From positions 362,313-382,312 of the forward strand of contig NW_008246094.1 of NCBI RefSeq assembly GCF_000281045.1: 20,000 nt of DNA, given 5' to 3'. The stretch comes from Saprolegnia diclina VS20 (taxonomy: Eukaryota). Below the pieces are notes generated by a model. That model was not told the origin of the DNA. It worked only from the letters and a program-made list of their open reading frames with translations, and did no database searches. Numbering within the stretch: the first letter of the stretch is position 1; each line of letters starts with the position of its first letter. This document shows positions 18,989 to 20,000 of the stretch, piece after piece. Made by a program: the position numbers and the translations under genes.

Positions 18989-19945
18989 ATGAGCGACAAG
19001 AGCCCTGCCGAAGTCTCGCGCCTCAACGAGGAGCTCGAGAAGCGCCACTACGAGTTCGTCTCCAACTGCGACGACGGCAACGGTACTATGCTCTGGTATA
19101 TTTTGCTGGCTACAAGTAGCGGCGTAGGCGACGCAAGCGCGTGCCACAGTTACGGTGAGTGGCTGGCGGTCGTCGACAAGAACTACGACCACGCAGGTGG
19201 GCGACGCCTCATGTTGCTGGCACCTCATGCCGTGTAGGCAAAGTCTACAAGAAGAACTGCGACGAGAAGGCGTACGGTGCTTCGTGCTTCAACTACGGCC
19301 GCCTGCTTCGTATGACGTGGCTCTTTGCGTAATTGTCGATCTCAGCATCGATGCTAGTTGCTGGCAAGGGCGTCGAGGCCAATGATGCAGCCGCCATGCA
19401 GCACTTTAGTATGTACCGCGCGCCGTGGATCCATCGACCATCGACGAACCTACGTGTGCATAGAGAAGGCGTGCGACGGCGGCCATACGCACGGCTGCCA
19501 CCACTTGGGGCTCATGTACCTCAACGGCATGGGCGTGACACAGGTACGCATGCGAGTTTGACGTACATGGCATCGTACATGTGCGCAGGACCTGGAGAAG
19601 GGCATGGCAGCGATCGACAAGGCGTGTGCGAAGGGCGAAGGCTCGAGCTGCTACCGGCTCGGGAGCATGTTCCTCACGTCGCAGTCCAAGTTTGGGCTCA
19701 AGCGCGACGTACCTAAAGCCAAGGCGTACCTCGAACAAGCGTGTGATGCCAACTTTGCGCCGGCGTGCCACAACCTCGCCGTCATGTACAAGAAGGGCGA
19801 CGCGGGCGTGCCTCAGTACGCATTCCACGGTTGGGCTGCATTCTCATTCTCGTGTAGGAGCGACAAGCTCTACGAACAGTACAGCGAGAAGACCAAGATC
19901 CTCGTCCAGCAATCCGGCGGCATGGCCGGGTACAAGGCGGCGTAA
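18989..19945 (+). CDS. COA7: Sel1-repeat Cys-rich protein, cytochrome c oxidase assembly factor 7-like; 7 exons, 226 aa
   Basis: Exons 18989-19082, 19128-19196, 19238-19309, 19358-19408, 19464-19543, 19589-19815, 19858-19945; total 681 nt. The spliced protein has five C-x7/8-C Sel1/Hcp repeats (NCDDGNGDASACHSYGEWLAVVDKNY, KNCDEKAYGASCFNYG, KACDGGHTHGCHHLG, KACAKGEGSSCYRLG, QACDANFAPACHNLAVMYKKGD), matching COA7 architecture and size; no signal peptide. Confidence 0.85.
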
Positions 19946-20000
19946 GATCTGATTGCGTTAGTCGAGCCAGAAATAATACTCCAAAATGCGATGGAAAAGC

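Noticed and set aside
1..20000. Functional cluster interpretation (HSF + TPR co-chaperone + E3 ligase, or two mitochondrial genes), and any CRISPR, RNA gene or transposon
   Set aside because: Neighbouring eukaryotic genes of mixed orientation with no evidence of co-regulation; no repeat arrays, tRNA or rRNA signatures, or transposase/reverse transcriptase motifs were seen.

Overview
Eukaryotic, gene-dense window with GC-rich coding regions and two assembly gaps (14297-14712, 17912-18236). The gene content and very short GT-AG introns (25 modelled, all 39-55 nt) suggest an oomycete, probably Saprolegniales; this is inference, not a database result. Manual splicing gives ten genes in order: a heat-shock-factor-type transcription factor with two HSF DNA-binding domains; a myristoylated PH + NTF2/SnoaL-like + AGC (Akt/S6K-like) kinase; a TPR protein with a hydrophobic C-terminus; an unassigned 200 aa ORF; a head-to-head pair of paralogous secreted, probably GPI-anchored 8-Cys proteins; an Mss116-like mitochondrial DEAD-box helicase; a RING-H2 protein; an ankyrin-repeat gene running into a gap; and a COA7-like Sel1-repeat gene. 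A decayed copy of the COA7 5' end lies about 1.26 kb upstream of that gene. The strongest candidate for something new is the kinase: an NTF2/SnoaL-like pocket domain between PH and kinase appears only after two introns are removed. Next are the double-domain HSF, whose second domain lacks the GAA-reading arginine, and the uncharacterised secreted pair. No rRNA, tRNA, CRISPR array or transposase was recognised.
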